64,000 nucleotides of DNA, taken from contig CAYIIH010000002.1 of NCBI GenBank assembly GCA_964363225.1, positions 28,880 to 92,879 of the forward strand, read 5' to 3'. The DNA comes from an uncultured Verrucomicrobiota bacterium (GTDB lineage Bacteria > Verrucomicrobiota > Verrucomicrobiia > Limisphaerales > CAYIIH01). Positions 26,542 to 36,278 of this stretch are shown in pieces. The position numbers were made by a program, and so were the translations under genes. Below the pieces are notes generated by a model. The model had not been told where the DNA came from. It did no database searches and saw only the letters and a program-made list of their open reading frames with translations. Positions within the stretch are counted from its first letter, which is position 1, and every line of letters starts with the position of its first letter.

Positions 26542-28470
26542 GTGTTCGGAAAAGCAACTATGGTCCGGAAAAAAACACAGGCTATGAGGTCATATCGAGG
26601 CGTCAGGAATGGTGGTTCGCTTCTGCAAAAAGCGGCGTGGCTTGTTCTGCTGGCGGCCGCCGCTGGCCTGTTTGCAGCCCAGCGCGCTGAAGCGGCCACC
26701 AATGTCGTGGTTTGGGATACGTTCTCGTCCTTTGCCGACACGGTCGAGGTTTCAGACAGGCGAGGGTGGAAGCCCGTGCCGAGCGATCTTCTGACCCTCG
26801 AAGCCGACCCGCCCAAGGCCAGTTCAGATCCGGGCTATTACGGCCAGGAGTACTCATTCAAGGGCGATGCGGTCGTAGAGAACCGCAGCTTGGCCGCGGT
26901 GTTCTGGTCAGCCAAAGGCCGAGTCGTTCTTTACTCGAAGACCGATCCAGCTCGGTCAAATGGCGCTGCGCCACGACACACGAGTCTTGGGCGGAAAATC
27001 CTGGAATTGGTCCCACGACAGACGACGACCCAGCCGGCGAGCATCAGCCGCTGCGAAATCGTGCGCAATGCGGGTGATGAAGCGGCCTTGGAAGTCTTCT
27101 TTTCCACCAAGGGATCAGCGGAGGTGTCGGCGGTCTTCTCCTTTGGCAAGACCGAGATCGTGGAGGTAAAGCCGGCTGAGAGGATGAAGGGAATCAGTTT
27201 GCTCAGCACGATCGAGTATGGCGTGGTGCCCAGCTTTATCGGCGATGATCTTATCTTTGGTCCCGGCGAATACCCGTCGGCTGACACGCTTTGTCTTCCG
27301 TCGGAGAATCTTTTCCTGGGATTGCTGAAGGGTGAAGAGAACATGCTGGTCATGACCTGGCCGAAGGGAAAACAGCAATTGAGGCTCCGGTTAGGCAAAG
27401 AACCCCAAGGCAGGCGCATTGTTGAGTCCGTTGACTTTGACCACGCCGGACAGAGTCTCTACCTCGCCGCGTTGGGAGCGCCCGGTATTTGGCACCGGGA
27501 AGAGTTGAAGCCGTCTTACCTGGAGAAGGATGTGGCGATCCAGTGGAAAAGGCCTTTCTCGGCAAAATGGGCAACTCAGTTAGAGGAGGCAGGAGTCAAA
27601 ACGACATTTGCTTTCAGAGCCTCCAAAGGACAAGTCTGGCGTGGCGTGCCCGGTTCGTACAGCTATCCCGTCTGGTTCGACGGGCAAACCGCTCGCTATC
27701 GCCTGAGCAAGAAAGTGCCGCCCAAGGGCGAATCTCTCATCTATTTTCGGGAAGGAGCGGATACGCCTCTCTCGATCTCGACGCCCGTCGATATCATGAA
27801 GGCGACGCTGGGCCGGCAACTGTGCGATGGCCTGCTCGACCCTGCCGGTCGGAAGCTTCGCACTCACCACCGAAGGGGTGACGCGGGGGTCCATCGCGCC
27901 TGCACCTGTGGCTGCACCGAAGCCATCGAGGCGGTCTTTAAGGCGGGGGAAGAGGTCCAGAAAAAAGAGTGCGTCGCCAGCGCTCTCGATGACATGGTCT
28001 ATTTTATCCGGCGGCACGTGGCCAGGATTGACGAGTACAGACGATTTGCCGGGGAGATGATCAAGTTCCTGCGGGCCACGGGAAGCTCCTCTCCCGATCT
28101 GAAGCCGTTCCTCGAAAGCCTGGAGCAGATCGTTCAGCAAATACCGCAGGAATACAGCGTGCAGAAAGAGAACATGAAATCGCCGGCCTACATGGACGAA
28201 CTGACCCGCCAGACCATCGCCCTGACCGCCAGGAAAGACCCGCAAAACCTGCCGGCCTGCTTGGAGCTCGGCAAGGCCTGGAGAGCCATGGGTGGCGCTC
28301 AAGACTACGTCGTCGCTCAGTGTCACACCATCACCCGAAAACTGTTTCAAGAGGCCGGTTATGGCTGTGCCAACCAGCCTCAAGCCGTGGAAGTCGCTGA
28401 GGAGGTGCGAAGACGCTGCCGGCAGTGCCTCAGAAACCCCGACGGTTATGAAATCTGGGCGGATTACTGA
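26542..28470 (+). CDS. hypothetical secreted protein (642 aa)
   Basis: Long ORF with signal-like AAWLVLLAAAAGLFAAQRAEA. No family recognised. The start is uncertain (GTG 26542 or ATG 26560). Confidence 0.6.
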   Translation: MFGKATMVRKKTQAMRSYRGVRNGGSLLQKAAWLVLLAAAAGLFAAQRAEAATNVVVWDTFSSFADTVEVSDRRGWKPVPSDLLTLEADPPKASSDPGYYGQEYSFKGDAVVENRSLAAVFWSAKGRVVLYSKTDPARSNGAAPRHTSLGRKILELVPRQTTTQPASISRCEIVRNAGDEAALEVFFSTKGSAEVSAVFSFGKTEIVEVKPAERMKGISLLSTIEYGVVPSFIGDDLIFGPGEYPSADTLCLPSENLFLGLLKGEENMLVMTWPKGKQQLRLRLGKEPQGRRIVESVDFDHAGQSLYLAALGAPGIWHREELKPSYLEKDVAIQWKRPFSAKWATQLEEAGVKTTFAFRASKGQVWRGVPGSYSYPVWFDGQTARYRLSKKVPPKGESLIYFREGADTPLSISTPVDIMKATLGRQLCDGLLDPAGRKLRTHHRRGDAGVHRACTCGCTEAIEAVFKAGEEVQKKECVASALDDMVYFIRRHVARIDEYRRFAGEMIKFLRATGSSSPDLKPFLESLEQIVQQIPQEYSVQKENMKSPAYMDELTRQTIALTARKDPQNLPACLELGKAWRAMGGAQDYVVAQCHTITRKLFQEAGYGCANQPQAVEVAEEVRRRCRQCLRNPDGYEIWADY

Positions 28471-28511
28471 ACCGTGTCTTTTCAATGGCCTCAGCCCAAA
28501 TGAACCGCAGA

Positions 28512-28617
28512 GGAGCGCGGCCTTTAGGCTGCAAAACGGTGCGATGTGAAAAGGCCAAAGACTTATAGCGGGCGTGTCGGAACTTCGAACATTTCTGCAG
28601 CCTAAAGGCCGCGCTCC
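28512..28617. repeat. perfect 22-bp inverted repeat (long hairpin), intergenic
   Basis: ggagcgcggcctttaggctgca (28512-28533) and tgcagcctaaaggccgcgctcc (28596-28617) are exact reverse complements separated by 62 nt. Confidence 0.85.
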
Positions 28618-28645
28618 GTTTGGTTGCTGCTTTGCCGTGCTGAGT

Positions 28646-28699
28646 CCATCGCGTTTCTGCGGTCCATCAGAAAGCGCCGTACTGAATAGTCGCGGCTAA
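28646..28699. repeat. dispersed repeat, same family as 31842-31896
   Basis: ccatcgcgtttctgcgg...actgaatagtcgcggctaa compared with tcatcgcgtctctgcgg...actgcatagtcacggctaa. Both are similar in length and order. Confidence 0.6.
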
Positions 28700-28730
28700 A
28701 CGTGAAGAACCAAATCAAAGAATCCCGAAC

Positions 28731-29654
28731 GTGAACATGAGAATCATGATGCATCTCATCGTAGCTGCGTCGGTCTCGGCCGGAGCTTTGGCACTGCTGC
28801 CAGGCTGTGAACGCAAAACTCCACAAGAACGTGCGCCAGCGCCGGCTGCCGGCTCGCCTCAGGAAGCGGCAGACTCCAACAAACCAGCGGCCGTTTCCAG
28901 CAAAACAGGGACCGACTCGAGAATGGAGATGGTTCAGCTTCCCGGGGGCCGGTTCATGATGGGAGACAAGGACGAGATCGATGCAACGCCTCACGAGGTT
29001 GTGGTCAGCTCATTCTTCATGGACAAGCACCTTGTGACCCAGGAGCAGTACCAGAAAGTCATGGGCGGGAATCCTTCCCGGTGGAAAGGAGACAAGAATC
29101 CCGTCGAACAGGTTCGCTGGTCCGATGCGGTGCGGTTCTGCAATAAGCGCTCCCAGTTGGAGGGATTTCAGCCGTGCTATGACACGAACACTTGGCAATG
29201 CAGCTTCGGCGCAAATGGATACCGGCTGCCCACGGAAGCCGAGTGGGAATACGCTTGTCGGGCCGGAACCGCCACGGCCTTTTTTTTCGGGGACGCGCCC
29301 GCAAAACTGGGGGATTACGCATGGTTTGACAAGAATTCGGGCGGACATCCTCGGCCGGTGGGCCAGAAGCAGCCCAATCCGTGGGGACTTTATGATATGT
29401 GCGGCAACGTCTGGCAATGGTGCCACGACTTCTACCAAGTGGATTATTACTCAGAGGCGCCTCGACAAGACCCTCGAGGCCCCACGGCTGGTGAAACCAG
29501 AGTGGTTCGAGGCGGAGCGTGGAGATTCAGCGCTGAAAGCTGCCGCTCCGGGTACCGCTACAACGAGAATCCCGGCTATGCCGATGTCTGTTTCGGATAC
29601 GACATCTATGGCTTTCGTTGCGTGAGACCGGTTTCCGGCGCCATGGCAAAGTAA
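28731..29654 (+). CDS. formylglycine-generating-enzyme (SUMF1/FGE) family lipoprotein
   Basis: Lipobox LALLPGC. VTQEQYQKVMG, GYRLPTEAEWEYACRAGT, NPWGLYDMCGNVWQWCHD and RVVRGGAW are present. Confidence 0.9.
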   Translation: MNMRIMMHLIVAASVSAGALALLPGCERKTPQERAPAPAAGSPQEAADSNKPAAVSSKTGTDSRMEMVQLPGGRFMMGDKDEIDATPHEVVVSSFFMDKHLVTQEQYQKVMGGNPSRWKGDKNPVEQVRWSDAVRFCNKRSQLEGFQPCYDTNTWQCSFGANGYRLPTEAEWEYACRAGTATAFFFGDAPAKLGDYAWFDKNSGGHPRPVGQKQPNPWGLYDMCGNVWQWCHDFYQVDYYSEAPRQDPRGPTAGETRVVRGGAWRFSAESCRSGYRYNENPGYADVCFGYDIYGFRCVRPVSGAMAK

Positions 29655-29797
29655 GCGCCAAATCCGAAACCCGGAATTCGAGAAGAAGGTGTCTTCCCGC
29701 CCCTGGCCAGTTCGCACCCTGATGCTGGCATTGGCACATTGCCGTCCTCATCCATCGGCGGATTGACTTTCGAGCGCATGAGGAGCAGAGTTCTTCC

Positions 29798-30034
29798 ATG
29801 TCTGCACACGAAGCCCTGCAAAAAGAACTCGTGCGCCAACCGGAATCCGTCGCGCAGAAGCTTCTCGATTATCTTCATGCGCTCACGCCGCAGACCGCAC
29901 CTGAACACAACAGCGCCGCGCGAGGAACAGGCGGGCATTTCTCCACCTACTGGAGCCGCTTTTACGGCGCGTTCGAAGGTGAGGAGTGGGAGGAGCCGCG
30001 TGAATTGCCTTGCGAGAAGCGTGAGGAGTGGTGA
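29798..30034 (+). CDS. vapB: type II antitoxin paired with VapC
   Basis: 78-aa ORF. Its TGA shares one base with the ATG of the PIN gene (TGATG at 30032-30036). Confidence 0.6.
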   Translation: MSAHEALQKELVRQPESVAQKLLDYLHALTPQTAPEHNSAARGTGGHFSTYWSRFYGAFEGEEWEEPRELPCEKREEW

Positions 30035-30438
30035 TGCCCCACCTCTTGGACACGAACCATTGGATTCAACTGCTCAAAGGTCGTTGCCCGGCGCTGGCCC
30101 GGAGACTCGATGCCGTGACACCGGAGGAGGTGTGGTTCTGCTCCGTGGTAAAGGAAGAATTGTTCCACGGCGCGCAGAAATACGAGAACCGTGACGCGAG
30201 ATTCGCAAAGCTGCGCGAATTGTTCGCACGACATGGTTCCGTGCCGTTCGACGATGCCGCCGCCGAAGAAGCCGGGCGGCTGCGTCATGTTTTGGAGACC
30301 AGCGGTGCGGTCATTGGCCCGCACGATTTGCAGATTGCCGCGATCGCCCGCGTGCGAGCATGGACTCTGGTGACGACCAACTTATCAGAATTTCAGCGCA
30401 TCGACGCTCTGGCATTGGAAGACTGGACAAAGGACTAA
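30034..30438 (+). CDS. vapC: PIN-domain toxin VapC
   Basis: MPHLLDTNHWIQLLKG..., VVKEELFHG, IGPHDLQIAAIA...LVTTNLSEF. Confidence 0.85.
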   Translation: MPHLLDTNHWIQLLKGRCPALARRLDAVTPEEVWFCSVVKEELFHGAQKYENRDARFAKLRELFARHGSVPFDDAAAEEAGRLRHVLETSGAVIGPHDLQIAAIARVRAWTLVTTNLSEFQRIDALALEDWTKD

Positions 30439-30487
30439 TTTTTTCAGTTCCCAGCTTTGGCAAGCAAACGCGGCCACACTCTCCGGT

Positions 30488-31672
30488 TCATTCTACCCTC
30501 GCTACGCCTTGGCCCTTTACGACTTGGCCGATGAGCCAGGACTGCCAGTGCTCCGGCAGACCAGCCTTTCGTTTTTGGGCACGGACGAATCGGAGAACGG
30601 CTTCCGCCTGGTCCGCCGCGACGATGATCGTCATGCCGATGCCCATGTTGAAGACCTGGTAGAGCTCCGCCTCCGGCACGCCGCTCTTGGCCCGGATCAT
30701 TTGAAAGATCGGCAGCATTTCCCACGTTCCCTTGCGGATGACGACATCGCAGTTGTGCGGCAGGACACGCGGGATGTTATCAATAAAACCGCCGCCGGTG
30801 ATGTGCGCCAGGCCGCGGATGGTGATTGCGGATTGCGGAGTGCGGAGTGCGGATTTGGCAGAACGGGAGTCGTCTGGTGAGGCGGGAGGATTGAAGCGCT
30901 GCAGAAGCGCTTGCACCAGCGGGCCGTAGCTGAGGTGAACCTTGAGCAGTTCGTCGCCGATGGCGCCGCCGAGTTCGGCGACGCGGCTCCTAGGTTTGAG
31001 TTTGAGTTGCTCGAAGAAGATTCTGCGGGCCAGGGAATAACCGTTGGTGTGCAGGCCGCTGGAGGCCAGGCCGATGACGGCGTCGCCGGGGCGAATGGCT
31101 TTCCCATCGAGCATCCGGGACTTTTCCACGACGCCGACAATGGTTCCGCTCAAGTCGTATTCGCCGGGTTGATAAAAGCCGGGCATCTGCGCCGTTTCAC
31201 CGCCGATGAGCGCACACCCGTTCTCGGCGCAAGCCTTGGCAAAGCCTTTGATGATCTCCGTGAAAACGTGCGGCTCCAGTTTCCCGGTGCCGAGGTAATC
31301 GAGGAAGAAAAGAGGCTCGGCGCCCAGCACGGCGATGTCGTTGACGCAATGGTTGACCAGGTCCTGGCCGATGGTGTCGTGCCGGTCCATGGCGAAGGCG
31401 ATCTTGAGTTTGGTGCCGACGCCATCGACGCTGGAGACGAGCACGGGCTGGCGGTATTTCTTGATGTCGAGCGCAAACAAGCCGCCGAAGCCGCCGACCT
31501 GGCCCAGAACCTCTGGCCGGTGAGTCGAGGCGAGCAGTTCAGGCAAGGCAGCTTTGACACGGTTGCCGAGGTCGATATCGACGCCGGCTCGCGCGTAAGC
31601 TTTGGGTGTTATGAATCGTCTGGGAGATTTCATTCCTGGAAATCTGCCTTGTTTTGGTTGCCGTTCCGCCAC
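30488..31672 (-). CDS. purM: phosphoribosylformylglycinamidine cyclo-ligase (AIR synthetase)
   Basis: YARAGVDIDLGN, VDGVGTKLKIA and GLAHITGGG are present. It contains an extra heptamer-repeat-encoded segment. The start may be 31672 or ATG 31633. Confidence 0.93.
   Translation of the reverse strand: MAERQPKQGRFPGMKSPRRFITPKAYARAGVDIDLGNRVKAALPELLASTHRPEVLGQVGGFGGLFALDIKKYRQPVLVSSVDGVGTKLKIAFAMDRHDTIGQDLVNHCVNDIAVLGAEPLFFLDYLGTGKLEPHVFTEIIKGFAKACAENGCALIGGETAQMPGFYQPGEYDLSGTIVGVVEKSRMLDGKAIRPGDAVIGLASSGLHTNGYSLARRIFFEQLKLKPRSRVAELGGAIGDELLKVHLSYGPLVQALLQRFNPPASPDDSRSAKSALRTPQSAITIRGLAHITGGGFIDNIPRVLPHNCDVVIRKGTWEMLPIFQMIRAKSGVPEAELYQVFNMGIGMTIIVAADQAEAVLRFVRAQKRKAGLPEHWQSWLIGQVVKGQGVARVE
30821..30860. 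repeat. heptanucleotide tandem repeat (GATTGCG/GAGTGCG) inside purM
   Basis: ggt gattgcg gattgcg gagtgcg gagtgcg gatttgg. It is translated on the minus strand as SAKSALRTPQSAITI. Confidence 0.85.
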
Positions 31673-31733
31673 CTGCAGCGTAATCCGGCTGTGTCTAAGC
31701 CGTCTCTATGCAGTAAGGGAAGCCGGAAAGAAA

Positions 31734-31896
31734 CCGCAGAGACGCGATGGACGCAGAGAAGATTGAGCTTCTGGTCGGTCGGAAACCGTTCACGCTTCAG
31801 TGAACCAGTTTGAATTGGCTCTTCTTCATCCCTCTCAGCGTTCATCGCGTCTCTGCGGTTCAATTGGCCGCGTTCGAACTGCATAGTCACGGCTAA
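31734..31896. repeat. palindromic dispersed repeat between purF and purM
   Basis: ccgcagagacgcgatg (31734-31749) is the exact reverse complement of catcgcgtctctgcgg (31843-31858). The tail actgcatagtcacggctaa (31878-31896) matches 28681-28699. Confidence 0.7.
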
Positions 31897-31907
31897 GGCA
31901 AGGACGG

Positions 31908-33368
31908 TCAAAGTAGTTTGGTTTGGAGTTCCTCCTTGGCCAGCGCTTCGCCCAGGCTTTCGACGCGGGCGCGGCGCCGTTCCAAGATGTGTTTGTCCAC
32001 CAGGGGATCGTAAGGAACGGGATAATCGCCATCGTAGCAGGCCATGCAGAAGGCGGTTCTAGGCAAACCGGTGGCCTTGACCATGCCTTCCTGGGAAAGA
32101 TAAGCCAGGGAATCGGCATTCAGATATTTGCGGATTTCATGCAGGGTATGGTTCGCGGCCATCAGTTTGCTGCGGTCCGGGAAATCAATGCCATAGACGC
32201 ACGGATGCATGTGGGGCGGGCAACTGACCCGCACGTGGACTTCCCGGGCGCCGGCTTCCTTGAGGTTGTTGACCCGCGTCTTGCAGGTCGTGCCTCGGAC
32301 GATCGAGTCGTCCACGATGATGACGCGCCGGTTCTTGACCAGGTCGGTGATCAGATTGAGCTTCACCCGCACATCGAAATCGCGAATGAGCTGCGTGGGT
32401 TGGAGAAAGCTGCGGCCGACATAATGGTTGCGCACAAACGCCATTTCAAACGGGGTGCCGGATTCGAGCGAATAGCCGAGCGCGGCGCAGTTGCCGCTGT
32501 CCGGCACGGGCACGACGATATCGGCCTCGAGCGGGTTTTCGCGGGCCAGTTGCCGGCCCATTTCCACCCGCACCTGATAGACATTGCGGTGGGCGATGGT
32601 GCTGTCCGGCCGCGCGAAATAGACATATTCGAACATGCAAAACGCGCGGCGCTCCTGCTCGGGGAAGGCCCGGATGCTGCGCAAGCCGTTCTTGTCGATG
32701 ATGACAATCTCTCCCGGCTCCACGTCGCGGACAAACCGGGCGTGGATCAAATCGAAGGCGCAGGTTTCGCTGGCCAAAACCCAGGCGTCGTCGATTTTGC
32801 CGATGGAGAGCGGGCGAAAGCCATGCGGATCGCGCACGCCGATCAATTCCTGCTCGGTCATGATGACCAGGGAGTAGGCCCCTTCGACGCGACGGACCGT
32901 TTGGACGAGATTGTTTTCGTTGCCACCCAAGGTGGGCTGGGCGAGGAGATTCAGAATCACTTCGCTATCCACGGTCGTCTGGAACATGACGCCTTTGGAT
33001 TCCAGTTCGTCGCGCAACTGCACCGCGTTGGTCAGGTTGCCGTTGTGAGCGATGGCAATCTGCCCGCGCAGACAATTGCCGGTCAGGGGCTGCGCGTTCA
33101 ACAACTGGGACGAGCCGGCGGTCGAATAGCGCGTGTGGCCGACGGCCATCGAACCGACCAGGTCATGCAGGATCGAGCCGTTGAAGACCTGGGAAACCAG
33201 TCCCATCCCGATGTACTTGACGAACTGCCGGCCGTCAGACGTGACGATGCCGGCGCTTTCCTGGCCGCGATGCTGCAAGGCGTAGAGGCCGTAATAAGTC
33301 AACTCGGCGGCATTGGGATGACCGTAAATGCCGAAGACGCCGCAATAATGCTTGGGATAGGATGACAT
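31908..33368 (-). CDS. purF: amidophosphoribosyltransferase
   Basis: The N-terminal CGVFGIYGH follows a short propeptide. Ntn-glutaminase and PRTase domains are present (VIIVDDSIVRGTT). Confidence 0.95.
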   Translation of the reverse strand: MSSYPKHYCGVFGIYGHPNAAELTYYGLYALQHRGQESAGIVTSDGRQFVKYIGMGLVSQVFNGSILHDLVGSMAVGHTRYSTAGSSQLLNAQPLTGNCLRGQIAIAHNGNLTNAVQLRDELESKGVMFQTTVDSEVILNLLAQPTLGGNENNLVQTVRRVEGAYSLVIMTEQELIGVRDPHGFRPLSIGKIDDAWVLASETCAFDLIHARFVRDVEPGEIVIIDKNGLRSIRAFPEQERRAFCMFEYVYFARPDSTIAHRNVYQVRVEMGRQLARENPLEADIVVPVPDSGNCAALGYSLESGTPFEMAFVRNHYVGRSFLQPTQLIRDFDVRVKLNLITDLVKNRRVIIVDDSIVRGTTCKTRVNNLKEAGAREVHVRVSCPPHMHPCVYGIDFPDRSKLMAANHTLHEIRKYLNADSLAYLSQEGMVKATGLPRTAFCMACYDGDYPVPYDPLVDKHILERRRARVESLGEALAKEELQTKLL

Positions 33369-33371
33369 GAT

Positions 33372-33647
33372 TCAAGTATGCTTCTTGCCCCATAAAAACC
33401 AGAGCAATGGCCCGAAAAACGGAGCGAGCAAAATAACGATCATCCAGAGCAGCTTCAAGCCGCCCGCCTTGTCCGAGCGCAGGCAACTGACGAGTCCGGC
33501 GATGGTGAAGGCCACGGGCAAAGCGATAAAAAGAAGCCAGCCCAGCGCCCCGAGGAGCAAGGGCGTGAGGAAAAACAGGGCGATGGCTGTCAGGACAATC
33601 GCCACCAGCCAGACCGCTTTTGTGCCAATGTTCGAGACCAGACTCAT
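33372..33647 (-). CDS. small membrane protein, PLD-nuclease-N-terminal (PLDc_N)-like
   Basis: 91 aa with three TM helices. The C-terminus is [25 protein letters not shown]. An ATGA overlap joins it to the purL stop. Confidence 0.6.
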   Translation of the reverse strand: MSLVSNIGTKAVWLVAIVLTAIALFFLTPLLLGALGWLLFIALPVAFTIAGLVSCLRSDKAGGLKLLWMIVILLAPFFGPLLWFLWGKKHT

Positions 33648-36184
33648 GCTTCATTCATCAGGCGCGCCAGGGCATTCCACCAGAGATCATGCAACTCGTT
33701 CAAGTCCCAACTCAACTCGCGCCGGGCGGCTTGGATGATGAGAGCTGAGCCGCCGACGGTTCCCAGCCGCGCCGCCTGGATGCCTGCGTCCCTCGAACAG
33801 GCCAGCGCTTCCTCGGCGTGGGCTGGGGCTACTGAGATAACGATGCGTCCCTGGGCTTCGCCAAAAAGCAAGGTATCCAAACGGGCCGAAGGCCACGGTG
33901 ACAGATCAATTTGCGCGCCGACAAGTCCGGGAGTATCACGGGCGATCTGCCGGGAAATGCAGCTCTCGGCCAGCGCCACCGCCAGTCCCCCTTCGCTGCA
34001 ATCATGGGCGCTTTTCACCAACAGGGCCTGAATCAGAGCGCGCAGCGCATCATGCACCTTCTTTTCCTCGGCCAAATCGCAGCGGGGCGGTGTGCCCGTT
34101 TTCAAGCCGTGAATGCGCTGCAAATAAGCCGAGCCGCCCAGGCCCAAGAGCGGGTCCTTCGCGTCCAGAACGCCGCCGAGCATGAAGATGACGTCGCCTT
34201 CGTCTTTGAACCATTGGGTGGTGATGTGTTCGGCGCAGCCGATCAGGCCCACCATGGCTACGGTGGGCGTCGGATCAATGGGACCGTTCGGGTTCTGGTT
34301 GTAAAGGCTGACATTGCCGCCGGTCACCGGAGCGTCAAAGGCGCGGCACGCTTCGGCCAGACCTTCCACGGATTTCCGGAGTTGATAAAAAATCTCCGGG
34401 TTGTGGGGATTGCCGAAATTGAGGTTGTCCGTGATGCCGAGCGGGACGGCGCCCGCACAGGCCAGATTGCGCGCCGCTTCGGCGACGGCGATTTTGCCGC
34501 CTTCGTACGGATCGAGATAGACGTAAGCAGCGTTGCCATCGACGGTCAGAGCGATGAATTTCTCGATGGGAAGGTGTTCCGCCGCGCCCCTGGCTTGTCT
34601 CGCATCAACTGATTCATCCAGGGACACGGTGGAACGCGTCCCTCCCGGCATGGTCGGCAGCGAGTCCTCTTTGATGCGAAGGACGGCGGCGTCAGAGCCG
34701 GGGCAAACCACGGAGCTGTCGCGGACCATGTGATCGTATTGGCGATAGACCCAGTTCTTGGAAGCGATGCTGGGCCAACTGAGCAAGCCTTTCAAATCGC
34801 TGACCGGATCGTTGGTGTCGGTGATTTGGCTCAAGGAAAACGCTCGCACGGCTTTTAAGTAAGCCGGCTCGCGTCCTTCCCGCTCGTAAACGGGCGCTTC
34901 GTCGGCCAGCTTCCTGGCCGGTATGTCGGCCACGATTTGGCCGTGGTTTTTCACCACCATCCGGCCCGTGCCGGTGACAAATCCAATCTCCGCCCAGGGC
35001 AGGTCCCACTTGTCAAAAATCGTTTGCACCTCGGCTTCGCGCCCGCGCTGCACGATGATCAGCATCCGTTCCTGGGACTCGCTGAGCATGATTTCGTAAG
35101 GGGTCATGTTGGGGGCGCGCTGGGGCACTTTGCTCAGTTCAATTTCAATGCCGGTGCCGGCACGGGCGGCGGTTTCGCAGGTGGAACAGGTCAAGCCCGC
35201 CGCGCCCATGTCTTGAATGCCGGCCACGGCGCCGGTGGCCAGCAATTCCAGGCAGGCCTCCAGGACAAGCTTCTCCATGAACGGATCGCCGACCTGGACG
35301 GCGCCGCGTTGTTGCTCGGCCGATTCTTCGGTGAGGTCTTGGGAGGCAAAAGCCGCGCCGGCCAAGCCATCACGTCCTGTGGCGGGGCCGACGTAGAAAA
35401 CAGGATTGCCAAGGCCTTGGGCGGCGCCGCGGGCGATCTGCTCATGGCGCAACACTCCCAGGCAAAAGGCATTGACCAAAGGATTCCCCTCGTACGATTT
35501 GTCAAAGTAAACCTCGCCGGCAATGGTCGGGATGCCAAAGCAATTGCCGTAATGGGCGATGCCGGAGACGACGCCGCTGAAAAGGCGGCGGTTGTTGGTG
35601 ACGGGGGACTGGTGATTGGTGATTGGTGACTGGGGATTGGCGGCTTGAGGTTGAGGAGCAAGTGTGCCCTCAGGAGCCGTTGCGGCGTCGCCACCCTGGG
35701 AAGGAGCCGACGTAGGGAAGCTCGGGTCATTTCGGATTGCGGATTGCGGATTGCGGATGGCGGGGGCGTCGTCGGTGATTGGCCCAAAGCGCAGCGAGTT
35801 GATGGCGCAGATGGGGCGCGCGCCCATGGTGAAGATATCGCGAATGATGCCGCCGACGCCGGTTGCTGCGCCTTGAAACGGTTCCACGGCACTGGGGTGA
35901 TTGTGCGATTCCATTTTGAAGGCGATGGCCAGCCCGTCGCCGATGTCGATGATCCCGGCGTTTTCTTCACCTGCGCCCACCAGAATGCTCGGCGACTTGG
36001 TGGGGAACAATTTCAAGAGCGGCCGGGTGTTCTTATAGGAACAATGTTCGCTCCACATCACCGAGAAGATGCCCAGCTCAGTATAGGTCGGCTCGCGTCC
36101 GAGAATGTTCTTGAGGCGGTCGTATTCGTCCGGGGTCAGGTTGTGCTTTTGGACGAGGTCGGGGGTGATGGCGGGTTCGGTCAT
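33644..36184 (-). CDS. purL: phosphoribosylformylglycinamidine synthase subunit PurL
   Basis: Start moved to ATG 36184 ([21 protein letters not shown]...). [12 protein letters not shown] and [11 protein letters not shown] are present. It carries a low-complexity insert of about 60 aa (see 35595..35775). Confidence 0.95.
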   Translation of the reverse strand: MTEPAITPDLVQKHNLTPDEYDRLKNILGREPTYTELGIFSVMWSEHCSYKNTRPLLKLFPTKSPSILVGAGEENAGIIDIGDGLAIAFKMESHNHPSAVEPFQGAATGVGGIIRDIFTMGARPICAINSLRFGPITDDAPAIRNPQSAIRNDPSFPTSAPSQGGDAATAPEGTLAPQPQAANPQSPITNHQSPVTNNRRLFSGVVSGIAHYGNCFGIPTIAGEVYFDKSYEGNPLVNAFCLGVLRHEQIARGAAQGLGNPVFYVGPATGRDGLAGAAFASQDLTEESAEQQRGAVQVGDPFMEKLVLEACLELLATGAVAGIQDMGAAGLTCSTCETAARAGTGIEIELSKVPQRAPNMTPYEIMLSESQERMLIIVQRGREAEVQTIFDKWDLPWAEIGFVTGTGRMVVKNHGQIVADIPARKLADEAPVYEREGREPAYLKAVRAFSLSQITDTNDPVSDLKGLLSWPSIASKNWVYRQYDHMVRDSSVVCPGSDAAVLRIKEDSLPTMPGGTRSTVSLDESVDARQARGAAEHLPIEKFIALTVDGNAAYVYLDPYEGGKIAVAEAARNLACAGAVPLGITDNLNFGNPHNPEIFYQLRKSVEGLAEACRAFDAPVTGGNVSLYNQNPNGPIDPTPTVAMVGLIGCAEHITTQWFKDEGDVIFMLGGVLDAKDPLLGLGGSAYLQRIHGLKTGTPPRCDLAEEKKVHDALRALIQALLVKSAHDCSEGGLAVALAESCISRQIARDTPGLVGAQIDLSPWPSARLDTLLFGEAQGRIVISVAPAHAEEALACSRDAGIQAARLGTVGGSALIIQAARRELSWDLNELHDLWWNALARLMNEA
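35595..35775. repeat. heptamer-repeat-rich insert inside purL
   Basis: ggtgatt ggtgatt ggtgact ggggatt lies at 35611-35638, and ggattgc ggattgc ggattgc at 35734-35754. They flank a unique spacer. The minus-strand translation is [22 protein letters not shown]...[17 protein letters not shown]. Confidence 0.85.
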
Positions 36185-36189
36185 TGGAT

Positions 36190-36278
36190 TCCTTTGCCTT
36201 GCTGTGATGGAAATGGTCCGAGAAAGCCACCGCCAGCCAGACATTAGCGTCCGCGAGTTTAATCCCAGAGGCTGGCAT
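36190..36278 (-). pseudogene. truncated PIN-toxin (VapC) stub
   Basis: ATG 36278 overlaps the antitoxin 3' end by 20 nt. The first ~30 codons ([30 protein letters not shown]) match the VapC N-terminus (LxDxNVxLAL...H.HH). Homology then ends, and the purL ATG (36184) lies inside the remaining frame. Confidence 0.55.

Noticed and set aside
36078-36278. 66-aa ORF listed in the track as a possible complete gene
   Set aside because: Only the first ~30 codons look like a PIN toxin. The rest is Pro/Arg/His-rich and overlaps the well-supported purL N-terminus in another frame. It was treated as a truncated remnant.
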